A stretch of 64,000 bases of DNA, taken from an uncultured Gammaproteobacteria bacterium (GTDB taxonomy: Bacteria > Patescibacteriota > Microgenomatia > UBA8517). The notes beneath the pieces were generated by a model, which saw only the letters and a list, made by a program, of their open reading frames with translations, searched no databases and was not told where the DNA came from. The position numbers and the translations under genes were made by a program. The stretch spans positions 37,153 to 101,152 of the forward strand of contig CAZWNZ010000003.1 of assembly GCA_964635715.1 (NCBI GenBank). Reading direction: 5' to 3'. Of the stretch, positions 26,726 through 37,217 are shown one piece after another (within the stretch, counting starts at the first letter, position 1; each line of letters begins with the position of its first letter).

Positions 26726-28186
26726 ATGGCGTTGCAAAGTTTAGACGAACTAAAAAAGGTTAGGATGGAAAAGCTTCAGAAGTTAAAAGGTATGGGAATT
26801 GACCCATATCCTTCAAAAATTACCATCGATGGAAAATTGACTAAGATTTTATTAGCAAAAGAGTCCATGGGAAAAATGGTGCTTTCGGCAGGCAGAATTT
26901 GGTCGATAAGGAAGCATGGCGGGGTTGTCTTTATGGACTTAAAAGATGACACTGGAGTGATTCAGCTTTTATTTCAGAAAAAAGTTTTGGGCAATAAATT
27001 TCAAACTCTTCAACTTTTTGATATGGGCGACTTTTTGGCTGTAAAAGGAGAGATTATAAAGACAAATGCTGGCGAGATAACGATTAGTGTTAACGAATTT
27101 CAACTATTAGCCAAGTCAGTAAGACCTTTGCCTTCTACGTGGTACGGTTTAAAGGATGAAGAAGAGCGCTATAGACAGCGTTATGTGGATCTTCTCCTAA
27201 ATGATGATTTAAGAGATTTGTTTAAGAAAAAAGCGCTTTTTTGGCAATCAATGCGCGAGTTTCTAATTGAAAATGGGTTTTTGGAAGTTGAAACTCCTGT
27301 CCTGGAAAATACCGTAGGAGGAGCTGATGCCAATCCTTTCATCACACACCACAACGCTCTTGATATAGATCTCTATCTGAGAATTTCAATGGGTGAGTTG
27401 TGGCAAAAGAGGCTAATGGTTGCCGGTTTTGGCAAAACATTTGAGATCGGAAGACAATTTAGAAATGAGGGAATGGACCGCGAACACCTTCAAGATTACT
27501 CACAAATGGAATTCTATTGGGGCTATGCAAATTATGAAGATTCAATGAAATTGGTTGAAGAAATGTATAAATACGTTGCAAAGAAAACTTTCGGAACTCT
27601 TAAATTCAAAATCGGCGGTCACGAGGTAAATATGGAGGGTGATTGGAAGAAAATTGATTATCGGGAAACTCTTCTTAAAGAAACTGGCGTAGATATATCA
27701 AAAATTTCTGATGAAGATTTAAGAAAAGAGCTCAAAAAGAGGAAAGTAAAATACGATGATATTGATGAGAGGGGACGTCTTATAGATTCACTTTGGAAAA
27801 CAGTCAGAAAGAACATTTCCGGACCCGTGTTTTTGACCGGGCAACCTGTGGAAGTTTCTCCGCTTGCCAAAAGAATTAAAGGAAATCCTGATTTTGTGGA
27901 GAGATACCAGGTAATTATTGCCGGGAGTGAAAACGGAAACGGATATTCAGAGCTAAACGACCCTATTGATCAAGCAAAACGCTTCAGTGAGCAAGAGAAA
28001 TTACGTGAGAAAGGGGACGAAGAAGCCCAAATGAAAGATAGTGATTTTGTTCGCGCTTTGGAATGTGGCATGCCGCCAACTTCAGGATTTGGAGTATCTG
28101 AGAGGCTCTTTTCATTCTTGGCTGGAAAATCAATAAGAGAAACTGTATTATTCCCATTATTGAGACCGGAGGGAGGTGAAAAATAA
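26726..28186 (+). CDS. lysS: Lysine--tRNA ligase (class II)
   Basis: RYRQRYVDL, FRNEG, GFGVSERL motifs. Confidence 0.97.
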   Translation: MALQSLDELKKVRMEKLQKLKGMGIDPYPSKITIDGKLTKILLAKESMGKMVLSAGRIWSIRKHGGVVFMDLKDDTGVIQLLFQKKVLGNKFQTLQLFDMGDFLAVKGEIIKTNAGEITISVNEFQLLAKSVRPLPSTWYGLKDEEERYRQRYVDLLLNDDLRDLFKKKALFWQSMREFLIENGFLEVETPVLENTVGGADANPFITHHNALDIDLYLRISMGELWQKRLMVAGFGKTFEIGRQFRNEGMDREHLQDYSQMEFYWGYANYEDSMKLVEEMYKYVAKKTFGTLKFKIGGHEVNMEGDWKKIDYRETLLKETGVDISKISDEDLRKELKKRKVKYDDIDERGRLIDSLWKTVRKNISGPVFLTGQPVEVSPLAKRIKGNPDFVERYQVIIAGSENGNGYSELNDPIDQAKRFSEQEKLREKGDEEAQMKDSDFVRALECGMPPTSGFGVSERLFSFLAGKSIRETVLFPLLRPEGGEK

Positions 28187-28452
28187 TGAAAGATAATTTG
28201 AAAATAGATTTACTTTTAAGCCTGTCATTTTCTTTTTTTGGTTTACTTTTAATTTTCGGCCTTGGATTTGTATTTCCATTAATTGATCCTTACGCATCAA
28301 TCAAATGGATAGTTATCATCTGTGCCGTAATATTTTTCTATTCCTTTATCAGCTACATAGTTGTTAGAGTGATGGAAATAGTAGCCTGGAGAAAAAGTCT
28401 TACAAAAGAAGTTAAAAAAGTCGTAAAAGCTAAAAAAACTTCCAGAAAGTAA
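28186..28452 (+). CDS. Small two-TM membrane protein
   Basis: Translationally coupled to lysS; hydrophobic helices and basic tail. Confidence 0.6.
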   Translation: MKDNLKIDLLLSLSFSFFGLLLIFGLGFVFPLIDPYASIKWIVIICAVIFFYSFISYIVVRVMEIVAWRKSLTKEVKKVVKAKKTSRK

Positions 28453-28462
28453 GATTTATTTA

Positions 28463-28495
28463 AAAAAGCATTGTCTCCTGCCCGAAATGCTTTTT
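28463..28495 (+). terminator. Putative intrinsic terminator
   Basis: AAAAAGCATT...AATGCTTTTT. Confidence 0.5.
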
Positions 28496-28504
28496 ATCGG
28501 TTGT

Positions 28505-29113
28505 ATGAAAAAAGACGATATAGAATTTGAAGTAAAGTTTTATCCTGTAGATAAAGAAAAATACCGCGAAAAACTTCGTGACATTGGTGCTGTGCTAAAA
28601 AATCCTGAAAGGAAAATGTACAGAGTTGTGGCTGACTATCGTGACAATCCAAATCTTGGGGACAGAGAATGTGTTCGCGTTAGAAATGAGGGGGACGTTA
28701 CTCGTCTTAGTTTTAAAGCTTTTGCCAATGGTGCAACTCTCGTTAGCGATCAAAAAGAGATAGAAACGGAGGTTAAAGATTTTGATAAAACTGTTGCGAT
28801 ATTTGAAAAGATTGGGATGAAATTCAACAGAAGACAGGAAAACTTTAGGGAGGAATGGGATTTTGAGGGTGTGCAAATAACAATCGATACATGGCCGAAC
28901 CTGGAACCGTACACAGAGATTGAAGGATCTTCGGAGGAAGAGATTAAAAAAGTTTCCAGCTTATTAGGTTTTGATTGGAGCAAAAAGATTATTATGCCTA
29001 TTTCTGGAGTGTATGCTATGGTTTATGGTGTTCCCGACAAAGAAGCTCTTGAGGAAACTTCAAATATATCTTTTGACAACCTTCCCTTTGAAGAGAAGGA
29101 AAAGAAAACATAA
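28505..29113 (+). CDS. CYTH domain protein (class IV adenylate cyclase/triphosphatase fold)
   Basis: IEFEVKF, RVR, REEW, EIEG. Confidence 0.88.
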   Translation: MKKDDIEFEVKFYPVDKEKYREKLRDIGAVLKNPERKMYRVVADYRDNPNLGDRECVRVRNEGDVTRLSFKAFANGATLVSDQKEIETEVKDFDKTVAIFEKIGMKFNRRQENFREEWDFEGVQITIDTWPNLEPYTEIEGSSEEEIKKVSSLLGFDWSKKIIMPISGVYAMVYGVPDKEALEETSNISFDNLPFEEKEKKT

Positions 29114-29130
29114 AGCTGTATAATAAAAGT

Positions 29131-30375
29131 ATGCTTGATATTAACTTCATTCGTGAAAATAAAGACTTAGTCAAAAAGAGAATTGAGACTAAGGGTTTTG
29201 AACCTTCGTTGATTGATAAAGTTTTAGAGCTTGATGAAAAGCGTAGGAGTGTGCTCCTTGAAATTGAACAGCTTAGAGCAAAAAGAAACAAGATTGCCGG
29301 TGAAGGTAAACCCTCAGAAGAAGGCAGGGCGATCAAAGAACTTTTGAAAGACAGGGAGCCGGAGCTAGTTAAGATTCAGGAAGAGTACAAAGACACCTTA
29401 TTTAAAATTCCAAATCTGCCAAGTGCACAGTCTCCAATTGGTAAAAGTGAAAAAGAAAATCGGGAAATAAGAAAATGGGGGGAACCAAAAAAATTTGGAT
29501 TCAAACCCAAAGATCACTTGGAACTTGGCAAAAAATTGGGAATATTGGATTTTGAAACCGGAGCCAAAGTGGCAGGATCACAATTTTACTTTCTTTATGG
29601 TGATGGAGTACTTTTGGAAATGGCTTTAGTAAATTATGTTTTAAATAAGCTTTCCGGGATGGGATTTATACCCGTAATTACTCCGGATTTGGCAAAAAGC
29701 CGCTATTATTTAGGAACGGGTTATGCCCCCAAAGGCGATGAAGCTCAGACCTATACGATAAGTGATTCAGACCTTGGGCTTATTGCAACTGCAGAAGTGA
29801 CTTTAGCAGGAAGTCATGCAGATAATGTTATTCCTGAACAAAAATTGCCTATTAAATATATCGGTTATTCACATTGTTTCAGACAGGAAGCTGGGGCTTA
29901 TGGAAAATACTCTAAGGGGTTGTATCGTGTACACCAATTTACTAAGACTGAGATGTTTGTTTTTTGTAAGCCGGAGGATTCGGAAAAAATTCACGGGGAA
30001 CTTTTGAGGATTGAGGAAGAAATTTTCCAGGACTTGGAAATTCCTTATCGTGTAGTTGAGATGTGTACGGGAGATTTGGGTGCGCAGGCCTCGCGGAAGT
30101 TTGATATCGAAGCTTGGATGCCGGGCAGAGGGGATTATGGTGAGGTTACGTCAACCAGCAACTGTACGGATTATCAGGCAAGAAATTTAAATATTAAATT
30201 TAGAAGAGAATCGGGTGAGACGGAATATGTGCATATGCTCAATGGTACTGCAGTCGTAATGTCAAGAGTCCCTGTGGCAATTCTGGAAAATTATCAGGAA
30301 GAAGACGGAAGTATAAAAGTTCCAGATGTTCTTCAAAAATGGATGGGTAAGGAAAAGATCGAGGCGGAAAAGTAA
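29131..30375 (+). CDS. serS: Serine--tRNA ligase
   Basis: MLDINFIREN, LIATAE, FRQEAG, HQFTK, LNGT. Confidence 0.98.
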   Translation: MLDINFIRENKDLVKKRIETKGFEPSLIDKVLELDEKRRSVLLEIEQLRAKRNKIAGEGKPSEEGRAIKELLKDREPELVKIQEEYKDTLFKIPNLPSAQSPIGKSEKENREIRKWGEPKKFGFKPKDHLELGKKLGILDFETGAKVAGSQFYFLYGDGVLLEMALVNYVLNKLSGMGFIPVITPDLAKSRYYLGTGYAPKGDEAQTYTISDSDLGLIATAEVTLAGSHADNVIPEQKLPIKYIGYSHCFRQEAGAYGKYSKGLYRVHQFTKTEMFVFCKPEDSEKIHGELLRIEEEIFQDLEIPYRVVEMCTGDLGAQASRKFDIEAWMPGRGDYGEVTSTSNCTDYQARNLNIKFRRESGETEYVHMLNGTAVVMSRVPVAILENYQEEDGSIKVPDVLQKWMGKEKIEAEK

Positions 30376-30383
30376 AAACTTCA

Positions 30384-30420
30384 GAGGGCACTTCTTGTTT
30401 TTTTTGCAAAAAATGCCCTC
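30384..30420. terminator. Hairpin between convergent genes
   Basis: GAGGGCA...TGCCCTC. Confidence 0.45.
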
Positions 30421-30436
30421 AGGACCAATGTCGTTG

Positions 30437-30847
30437 CTATCTTATTTTTTCCCCATCGATCCAAATTTGTTCGGTTTTTACTTCACCATCTTTGATTATC
30501 CACAACCATTTCAACGAGCCTTCGGTAGACTCTACGTTGTAAGATCCATTGCTGGAAATTCCAACATGACTGCGCGCGTCATAAAAGCTTTCGTAGAGTA
30601 TTGTGCCACTGTCGATGTTTGTCACAGTGAAAGTTCCGGAACTTTTTTGGTTTTGAATTTGTGTTCCATTGGAATTTCCGGAATAGTTAACCGACCATTC
30701 GTCAAAGGATGTTTGTATAGTTTCGTCATCGATATATTCCGACGAACTACTACCACTGTCCTTCTCTGAATCTGCACATACCGGGGTTACTATGACGAGG
30801 GCAATGACGACGGCAACGATTACTAACAAATTAAAGAGCCGTTTCAT
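30437..30847 (-). CDS. Secreted hypothetical protein
   Basis: GGAGGT RBS before ATG 30847; signal peptide ending VCA. Confidence 0.65.
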   Translation of the reverse strand: MKRLFNLLVIVAVVIALVIVTPVCADSEKDSGSSSSEYIDDETIQTSFDEWSVNYSGNSNGTQIQNQKSSGTFTVTNIDSGTILYESFYDARSHVGISSNGSYNVESTEGSLKWLWIIKDGEVKTEQIWIDGEKIR

Positions 30848-30964
30848 TTTTACCTCCTTTGGGGTAAAAAACACTTCCGAATTGAAGCGTAGTTATATTA
30901 TACAAAGTTAAATCCTATAGTCAAGTTTTGGAGACTTATAAACTCGATATTCCGGCTTTTTATG

Positions 30965-31465
30965 TCAAAACTCTTTTACTATTTTTTCTTTTGTCTTTTG
31001 ATTCTCGTCAAATAATAAATCTGCTTCGATTTTTGATCCACTCAGTACTTGAGGTAACCAGTATTTATCGTCATCCCACATTTGGTTGTAAGGAACTTCG
31101 GAAATTTTAAACCACTTGGGAATCATTTCTTCCGATTCAGTTGGCTCACCTTTCCATTTGTTTACCAAATAGACGGTAACTTGCTGGTTCCAATCCGGTT
31201 TGTGAGCGAAATAGAAATTTAAGCAAGCTATCTTAGCTGGGTTTTCTATGAACACCCCAATTTCTTCTTCAACTTCCCGCTTTGCCGCTTCTTCAATTGT
31301 TTCACCATCTTTAAGCTTTCCGCCGGAACCGTTCCATTTTCCTTCTCCAAAACCGCGTTTTTTCATTGCCAGAAGAACAGAATTATCTTTTATAAGAAAT
31401 ACTAAAGTTGCCTGTCTTAATGGAGTAAGTATTTCCTTTTTAATTTCACTAAGTGTTTTCTTCAT
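30965..31465 (-). CDS. 8-oxo-dGTP diphosphatase-like Nudix (MTH1 type)
   Basis: KKRGFGEGKWNG.GGK, ESEEM.P.WF, MWDDD.YWLP. Confidence 0.92.
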   Translation of the reverse strand: MKKTLSEIKKEILTPLRQATLVFLIKDNSVLLAMKKRGFGEGKWNGSGGKLKDGETIEEAAKREVEEEIGVFIENPAKIACLNFYFAHKPDWNQQVTVYLVNKWKGEPTESEEMIPKWFKISEVPYNQMWDDDKYWLPQVLSGSKIEADLLFDENQKTKEKIVKEF

Positions 31466-32685
31466 TCTGTTTTTATATAATACTTTTTCCCTTTTAACTT
31501 TTCCGGCAGATGACTCTTTGTATCATATTTCTCATACCCTTTTCCATATCCAACCTCATCCATCAATTTGGTGACAGGGTTTCTGATTTTTAAAGGAACT
31601 GGAAGATTGCCGAACTTATTAACATCTGCCAGAGCTGACATATACGCGTCATACGCGCGTCTGTCTTTTTTGGCAGTGGCCAAATAAACTACTCCTGCTG
31701 CCAAATTTTCCTGACATTCGGGATAGCCAATAGTATTACAAGCCTGAAAAACTGCATTGGCAACTACCAGTGCAGTGGGGCTGGCAACATCTTCGGAAGC
31801 AAAAATAACCATTCTACGGGCAATGTAGAGAGGATCTTGTCCTGCCGCAACCATTCGGGCAAGATAATAAAGAGCTGCATCAACATCGCTTGCGCGCATT
31901 GATTTGATAAATGCCGAAATCACATTATAAAAATCCTCACCACGTTTATCAAAAGTATATTGACGTCTTTGGAGTGCTGTCTCCAAATCCGGGATTTTTA
32001 TTGTCGGCTTTCTGGTTAGAGTAGAGGCGATTTCCAAAACATTGAGCATGGTTCGGGCATCCCCATTACTTGCCTCAAGTAAAAATTTCTCTGATTCTTT
32101 TCCAAGTTTCTTCTTTAGATGTATCAGTGCACGATTTAGTATTTTTAATAACTCTTTTTCTGAAAGCTGATTGAGGATTAAAACCCGGCAACGGGAAAGT
32201 AGTGGTCCTATTACTTCAAAAGAGGGATTTTCTGTTGTGGCTCCGATGAACAAAATCTTCCCCGTTTCGACGTATGGTAATAATTTATCCTGCTGCGCTT
32301 TATTGAAGCGATGTATTTCATCAATAAAAACAATAGGAGATTTTGTCGTATCTTGAATAACGAATCTGGAATCTTGTATATTGGTTTTTCCATAATTCTT
32401 AATTCTTGATTCATCATTCAGCAAATCTTCGATTTGCTTCACCTTTGTATTAACAGCAGAGAATTCAAAAAAATCTCGTTTCAAATTTCCTGCAATAATT
32501 CGTGCTAGTGTAGTTTTGCCTGTTCCTGGAGGACCCCAAAAAATCAAAGAGGGGAAGAAGTTTGAAGTTTTGGCATTGGCAAAAAGTTTATATATTATTC
32601 CATCCTTCCCGACAATATTTTCCTGCCCAACAAAATCCTTGAGTGTTTTTGGTCTTAAGAGCTCGGGTAGGGGTATATTGGCCAT
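31462..32685 (-). CDS. rarA: Replication-associated recombination protein A
   Basis: [31 protein letters not shown]. Confidence 0.96.
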   Translation of the reverse strand: MANIPLPELLRPKTLKDFVGQENIVGKDGIIYKLFANAKTSNFFPSLIFWGPPGTGKTTLARIIAGNLKRDFFEFSAVNTKVKQIEDLLNDESRIKNYGKTNIQDSRFVIQDTTKSPIVFIDEIHRFNKAQQDKLLPYVETGKILFIGATTENPSFEVIGPLLSRCRVLILNQLSEKELLKILNRALIHLKKKLGKESEKFLLEASNGDARTMLNVLEIASTLTRKPTIKIPDLETALQRRQYTFDKRGEDFYNVISAFIKSMRASDVDAALYYLARMVAAGQDPLYIARRMVIFASEDVASPTALVVANAVFQACNTIGYPECQENLAAGVVYLATAKKDRRAYDAYMSALADVNKFGNLPVPLKIRNPVTKLMDEVGYGKGYEKYDTKSHLPEKLKGKKYYIKTE

Positions 32686-32825
32686 GTGAGATTAAATTTA
32701 AATTAAATGCTATTCGATAAATATATATCACCAAATAAAATCCGAAGCAACCTGGTATTACACACTTCAGTGATTCAAATCATTGAAGTGAGTTGAATAT
32801 AATCGTGATAGATTATAATTGATAA

Positions 32826-33458
32826 ATGATAGGTACTAAAATACTTGAGGAACGAAAATCTGAATTCAACGGGAATCTTCGTGTTGTTAAAACTTTGGGG
32901 ATAGGAACATATATCCAGTCAAATGGTTTAACTCAATCCGGTGGAATAGTTGAAAAAATTTGGAAGCAAACACTACGATCCCTAAATCATAAATCATTAA
33001 CCATAAATCATGTATTGGTTTTGGGGCTTGGTGGGGGGACTGTCGCAAAATTGATTAGGAAAAAATGGCCGGGCGCAAAAATTACCGGTGTTGAAATTGA
33101 TCCGATAATGGTTGAGCTAGGAAAAAAATATTTTAGGTTAAATGAAGCAGATGTTGATGTAAAAATTACAGATGCTATTAAATTTCTTAACTATAAATCA
33201 TCAACCATTAATCATTATGATTTAATTATTGTTGATCTTTATAACGGCGATCAATTTCCCAAACAGTTTGAAACTGAAAACTATATACAGCTTGTAAGAT
33301 CACACCTTACAAAATCCGGGGTCGCAATATTTAACAGGCTTTACTATGGCGACAAAAGACCCAAAGCAGTAAAGTTTGGAAATAAACTTCAAAAAGAATT
33401 TCTCAATGTGGAATGGTTTTACCCTGAAGCGAATTTAATGTTTTTGTGTTCAAAGTAG
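32826..33458 (+). CDS. Class I SAM-dependent methyltransferase (spermidine synthase-like)
   Basis: VLVLGLGGG, GVEIDP, YDLIIVD. Confidence 0.85.
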   Translation: MIGTKILEERKSEFNGNLRVVKTLGIGTYIQSNGLTQSGGIVEKIWKQTLRSLNHKSLTINHVLVLGLGGGTVAKLIRKKWPGAKITGVEIDPIMVELGKKYFRLNEADVDVKITDAIKFLNYKSSTINHYDLIIVDLYNGDQFPKQFETENYIQLVRSHLTKSGVAIFNRLYYGDKRPKAVKFGNKLQKEFLNVEWFYPEANLMFLCSK

Positions 33459-33492
33459 GCTCCAACCTGCTATACTCAATGAGCAGATTAAT

Positions 33493-36219
33493 ATGCTAAA
33501 AATATTTTCAAAATTACTGGATGTAAATGCAAGGGAAGTTGAAAGAATTACGAAGATTGTTGACCAGGTCAATTCCTTCGAATCAAAAGCAAAAAAACTG
33601 AAAGACGGAGATTTTTCCAAAAAGACGGAAGAGTTCAAAAAACGCTTGGAAAAAGGCGAAACCCTCAATGACTTACTGCCCGAAGCTTACGCTTTAGTTA
33701 GGGAGGCATCCTACAGAGTTTTGGGAATGCGTCATTATGATGTTCAGCTTATTGCTGCAGTTGCACTGTTCGAAGGTAAAGTTGCAGAACAGAAAACAGG
33801 AGAAGGAAAAACTTTGGCTGCAATTCCGGCACTTTATTTGCGTGCATTGACTGGCCGTGGGGCTCATCTTGTAACAGTTAATGATTACCTTGCCAGAAGA
33901 GATGCCGGATGGAATGCCCCGGTTTTTCACCTTTTGGGTATGAGTGTTGGTTCTATTGTTCAGGAAACAAAATCATATGTTTACGACCCTGATTTTACTG
34001 ATTCAAGTCATGGTGACGAGAGACTGGCGCATTTAAAACCCGCAGAAAGGCGCGAAGCCTATTCCTGCGATATTTTATACGGAACGAATAATGAATTTGG
34101 GTTTGATTACCTTCGGGACAACATGGTTAATTCGCTTTCCGATATGGTTCAGCGTGGACATCATTTTGCAATCGTTGATGAGGTTGATTCAATTCTCATT
34201 GATGAGGCCCGCACCCCTCTTATTATTTCCGCTCCTGATACCGAACCAACTCAAAAATATTATAAATTTGCCCAAATGGTTGACAAACTTAATCCGGATA
34301 CCGATTACACAATAGATGAAAAATCTAAGAGTGCGAGCCTAACGGAGACAGGAATTACTCGAGTAGAAAAAATACTCGGTGTAGATAATCTATATGAAAA
34401 AGATTTTGACTCAATCCATCATATAGAAAATGCTTTGCGTGCGAGAACTTTATATCTTCGGGATAAAGATTATGTCATTAAAGACGATCAGATAGTTATT
34501 GTTGATGAGTTTACCGGACGTCTTATGGTAGGACGCCGTTGGAGCGATGGACTTCACCAAGCAGTAGAGGCTAAAGAGAGTGTCCCCATTCAACAGGAAA
34601 GCAAGACCCTAGCTACGATTTCATTTCAAAATTACTTCAGGATGTATGATCATCTTTCCGGAATGACGGGTACAGCCGCAACAGAAGCAGAAGAGTTTAG
34701 AAAAATATACAAACTTGAAGTTATTGTTGTGCCGACAAATAAGCCAATGGTTAGGCGGGACTTGTCCGATACAATTTACAAAACTCTAAGAGGTAAGTAT
34801 GGAGCCATTGTTGAGGAAATTGGTGAGTGTCACAAAAAAGGTCAGCCTGTGCTGGTTGGTACTACTTCTATTGAGAAAAACGAAATTATCTCAGAATATC
34901 TTAAAAGAAAAAAAATTCCCCATAATGTATTAAATGCTAAAAATCACGAAAAAGAAGCAGAAATTATTGCCAAAGCTGGTGAGCCGGGAGCCGTAACTGT
35001 TGCCACGAACATGGCAGGGCGCGGAGTTGATATTGTTTTGGGAGGAGCAATGCCGGACAGGGTTGCGGGTGTTGATGATGAAAAATACAAGACGTCTGCG
35101 ACTTATAAAAAATGGAAAGAAACACATGAGAAGGTTATTAAGGCGGGAGGGCTTCATGTTGTCGGTACGGAACGCCACGAGTCAAGGCGTGTTGATAATC
35201 AGCTTAGGGGTCGTGCGGGTCGTCAAGGAGACCCTGGGTCATCTCGTTTTTATCTCTCAATGGAAGATGATCTGATGAGAATTTTCGGTGGCGAACAAAT
35301 AGGTGGCATGATGGACAGGCTTAACCTTCCTGAGGACCAACCGATAGAAAATTCCTTGATAAGCAAAGCAATAGAGCAGGCTCAGGTTAAAGTTGAAGGG
35401 TTCCATTTTGATATAAGAAAACGTTTGGTTGAATTTGACGACGTCGCAAATCAGCAAAGAGAGATTATTTACAAACAGCGCCGAAAGATACTTGAGTCTG
35501 GTGAAGTCAAAGAAGAAATTCGGGAGAAACTTAAGAGTCAAATAGGAAAAATTACTGAATTTGAGAGCTTTGGTGTTGATGGAGAAATCGATGCCGAAAG
35601 AATTGCTGTTGGTCTTGCCGAAGTTATTCCTTTTGATGACGCGTCCTTAAGGAATATAAAAAACCAGATCGCAAAAATTAAAGACATGGGAGAAGTCAGA
35701 AAATTCCTTAATCAAGTTTTGGACGATGTTTATGTAAAAAGGGAAAAGGATTTAACACCGGAAGTTATGAGAGAGGTTGAAAAATTTGCATATCTGGGTT
35801 CGATTGACCGTCTTTGGATGGACCACATCGATCATATCGATGATCTTAGAGAAGGAGTAACTCTTCGTGCTTACGGACAAAGGGATCCTTTGGTTGAATT
35901 TAAAAATGAAGCTTACGGATTATTTGAAAATTTAATAGGAAAAATAGATAAAGAGCTATCCAGAAGAATTTTCAGAATCGGAGTCGCAAGGCCCCAATCG
36001 GAGATTCCTTTGCATCTGGCCCGTGAGAATATAGATAAGAGCGATCTAACAGGGTTGTCTGGGAGCGGAGCTTCGACTGCACGGGAGGGAACGCCGGCAT
36101 TTTCTTCTTCGTCTGCCAATGGTGAGACAACATCCTCCAAACTTGGCAGAAATGACCCGTGCTGGTGCGGGAGCGGAAAAAAGTGGAAGAAGTGCCATTA
36201 TCCCAAACTTCCTCAATAA
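33493..36219 (+). CDS. secA: Preprotein translocase SecA with SEC-C motif
   Basis: KTGEGKT, DEVDSILIDEARTPL, GRNDPCWCGSGKKWKKCH. Confidence 0.99.
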   Translation: MLKIFSKLLDVNAREVERITKIVDQVNSFESKAKKLKDGDFSKKTEEFKKRLEKGETLNDLLPEAYALVREASYRVLGMRHYDVQLIAAVALFEGKVAEQKTGEGKTLAAIPALYLRALTGRGAHLVTVNDYLARRDAGWNAPVFHLLGMSVGSIVQETKSYVYDPDFTDSSHGDERLAHLKPAERREAYSCDILYGTNNEFGFDYLRDNMVNSLSDMVQRGHHFAIVDEVDSILIDEARTPLIISAPDTEPTQKYYKFAQMVDKLNPDTDYTIDEKSKSASLTETGITRVEKILGVDNLYEKDFDSIHHIENALRARTLYLRDKDYVIKDDQIVIVDEFTGRLMVGRRWSDGLHQAVEAKESVPIQQESKTLATISFQNYFRMYDHLSGMTGTAATEAEEFRKIYKLEVIVVPTNKPMVRRDLSDTIYKTLRGKYGAIVEEIGECHKKGQPVLVGTTSIEKNEIISEYLKRKKIPHNVLNAKNHEKEAEIIAKAGEPGAVTVATNMAGRGVDIVLGGAMPDRVAGVDDEKYKTSATYKKWKETHEKVIKAGGLHVVGTERHESRRVDNQLRGRAGRQGDPGSSRFYLSMEDDLMRIFGGEQIGGMMDRLNLPEDQPIENSLISKAIEQAQVKVEGFHFDIRKRLVEFDDVANQQREIIYKQRRKILESGEVKEEIREKLKSQIGKITEFESFGVDGEIDAERIAVGLAEVIPFDDASLRNIKNQIAKIKDMGEVRKFLNQVLDDVYVKREKDLTPEVMREVEKFAYLGSIDRLWMDHIDHIDDLREGVTLRAYGQRDPLVEFKNEAYGLFENLIGKIDKELSRRIFRIGVARPQSEIPLHLARENIDKSDLTGLSGSGASTAREGTPAFSSSSANGETTSSKLGRNDPCWCGSGKKWKKCHYPKLPQ

Positions 36220-36221
36220 AT

Positions 36222-36848
36222 TTATTTTAAATGTGTGGTGTCGCTCCAGGTTTTTAGCGTCCAACCGTATTTATCTGTATACTCACAGATTGTAACTCCG
36301 GTATTTTCCAGATACATATGTTTTTTTATTTTTAAAAGAGTTTCCGGTGTTAAATCTTCTCCCAGAAGCATTTTTGCAACAGTAGATTCTATAAAAGCCG
36401 AATGGCTTACACACAATACAGTTTGACCTTCATGATGTTTTACCAGATGATCCAACACACCCTCTACTCTTTCATTTAACTCATTAAAAGTTTCTTCGTC
36501 AGAATATTTCCAGTTCTTCTTGTGGTAATTTTGAGAAATTAAAGATTTAATTTTAACAACTTCCGGATCGTCAACTTTTTTCCCTCTAATTTCACTTGGA
36601 CTGCCACATTCTGCAAGACCCTCCCAGTGTTCAATGGGAATATTCAGCATTTCGTTTATAATTTCCGCTGTTTTTGCAGCTCTTGTCATGGGGCTTGCGT
36701 AAATCAGGTCAAAGTGAATGTTCTCCAGTCTTTTTGCGATAGCTTTTGCCTGATTCACACCTTTTTCCGATAGTGGGGTTTCCGGCAGGTGATGTATATT
36801 ATTTTTGTTTCCTTCGGACTGTCCATGTCTGACAAAATAAACAAGCAT
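36222..36848 (-). CDS. Histidine phosphatase family protein
   Basis: RHGQS, SPMTRA, VSH, N-T-G motifs. Confidence 0.92.
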   Translation of the reverse strand: MLVYFVRHGQSEGNKNNIHHLPETPLSEKGVNQAKAIAKRLENIHFDLIYASPMTRAAKTAEIINEMLNIPIEHWEGLAECGSPSEIRGKKVDDPEVVKIKSLISQNYHKKNWKYSDEETFNELNERVEGVLDHLVKHHEGQTVLCVSHSAFIESTVAKMLLGEDLTPETLLKIKKHMYLENTGVTICEYTDKYGWTLKTWSDTTHLK

Positions 36849-36878
36849 ATGCGTATTATAAAATGTTATATTTGAATT

Positions 36879-37217
36879 ATGAAGGTGAATAATTATCTAG
36901 GGCAGGATGTTGAAGTTGTTATAGATCGACCTTTAGGGTCGAAACATCCAAAACATGGTTTTACCTATGCCGTAAATTACGGTTTTGTTCCGGGAACAAA
37001 AGCAGCGGACGGAGAGGAACTCGATGCCTACTTTTTAGGGACGGAAAAACCTGTTAAAACAGGAACAGGAAAATGTATTGCGGTTATTCATAGAACAAAT
37101 GACGATGATGATAAATTAATAATTAGTGCAAACGGCAAAGATTTCACTAATGAGGAAATTGAAAAACTAACAGAATTTCAGGAAAAGTGGTTTGAACACG
37201 AAATAATCAGGAAATGA
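36879..37217 (+). CDS. Short inorganic pyrophosphatase
   Basis: NYGFVPGT..ADGEELD, DDDDKL. Confidence 0.88.
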   Translation: MKVNNYLGQDVEVVIDRPLGSKHPKHGFTYAVNYGFVPGTKAADGEELDAYFLGTEKPVKTGTGKCIAVIHRTNDDDDKLIISANGKDFTNEEIEKLTEFQEKWFEHEIIRK

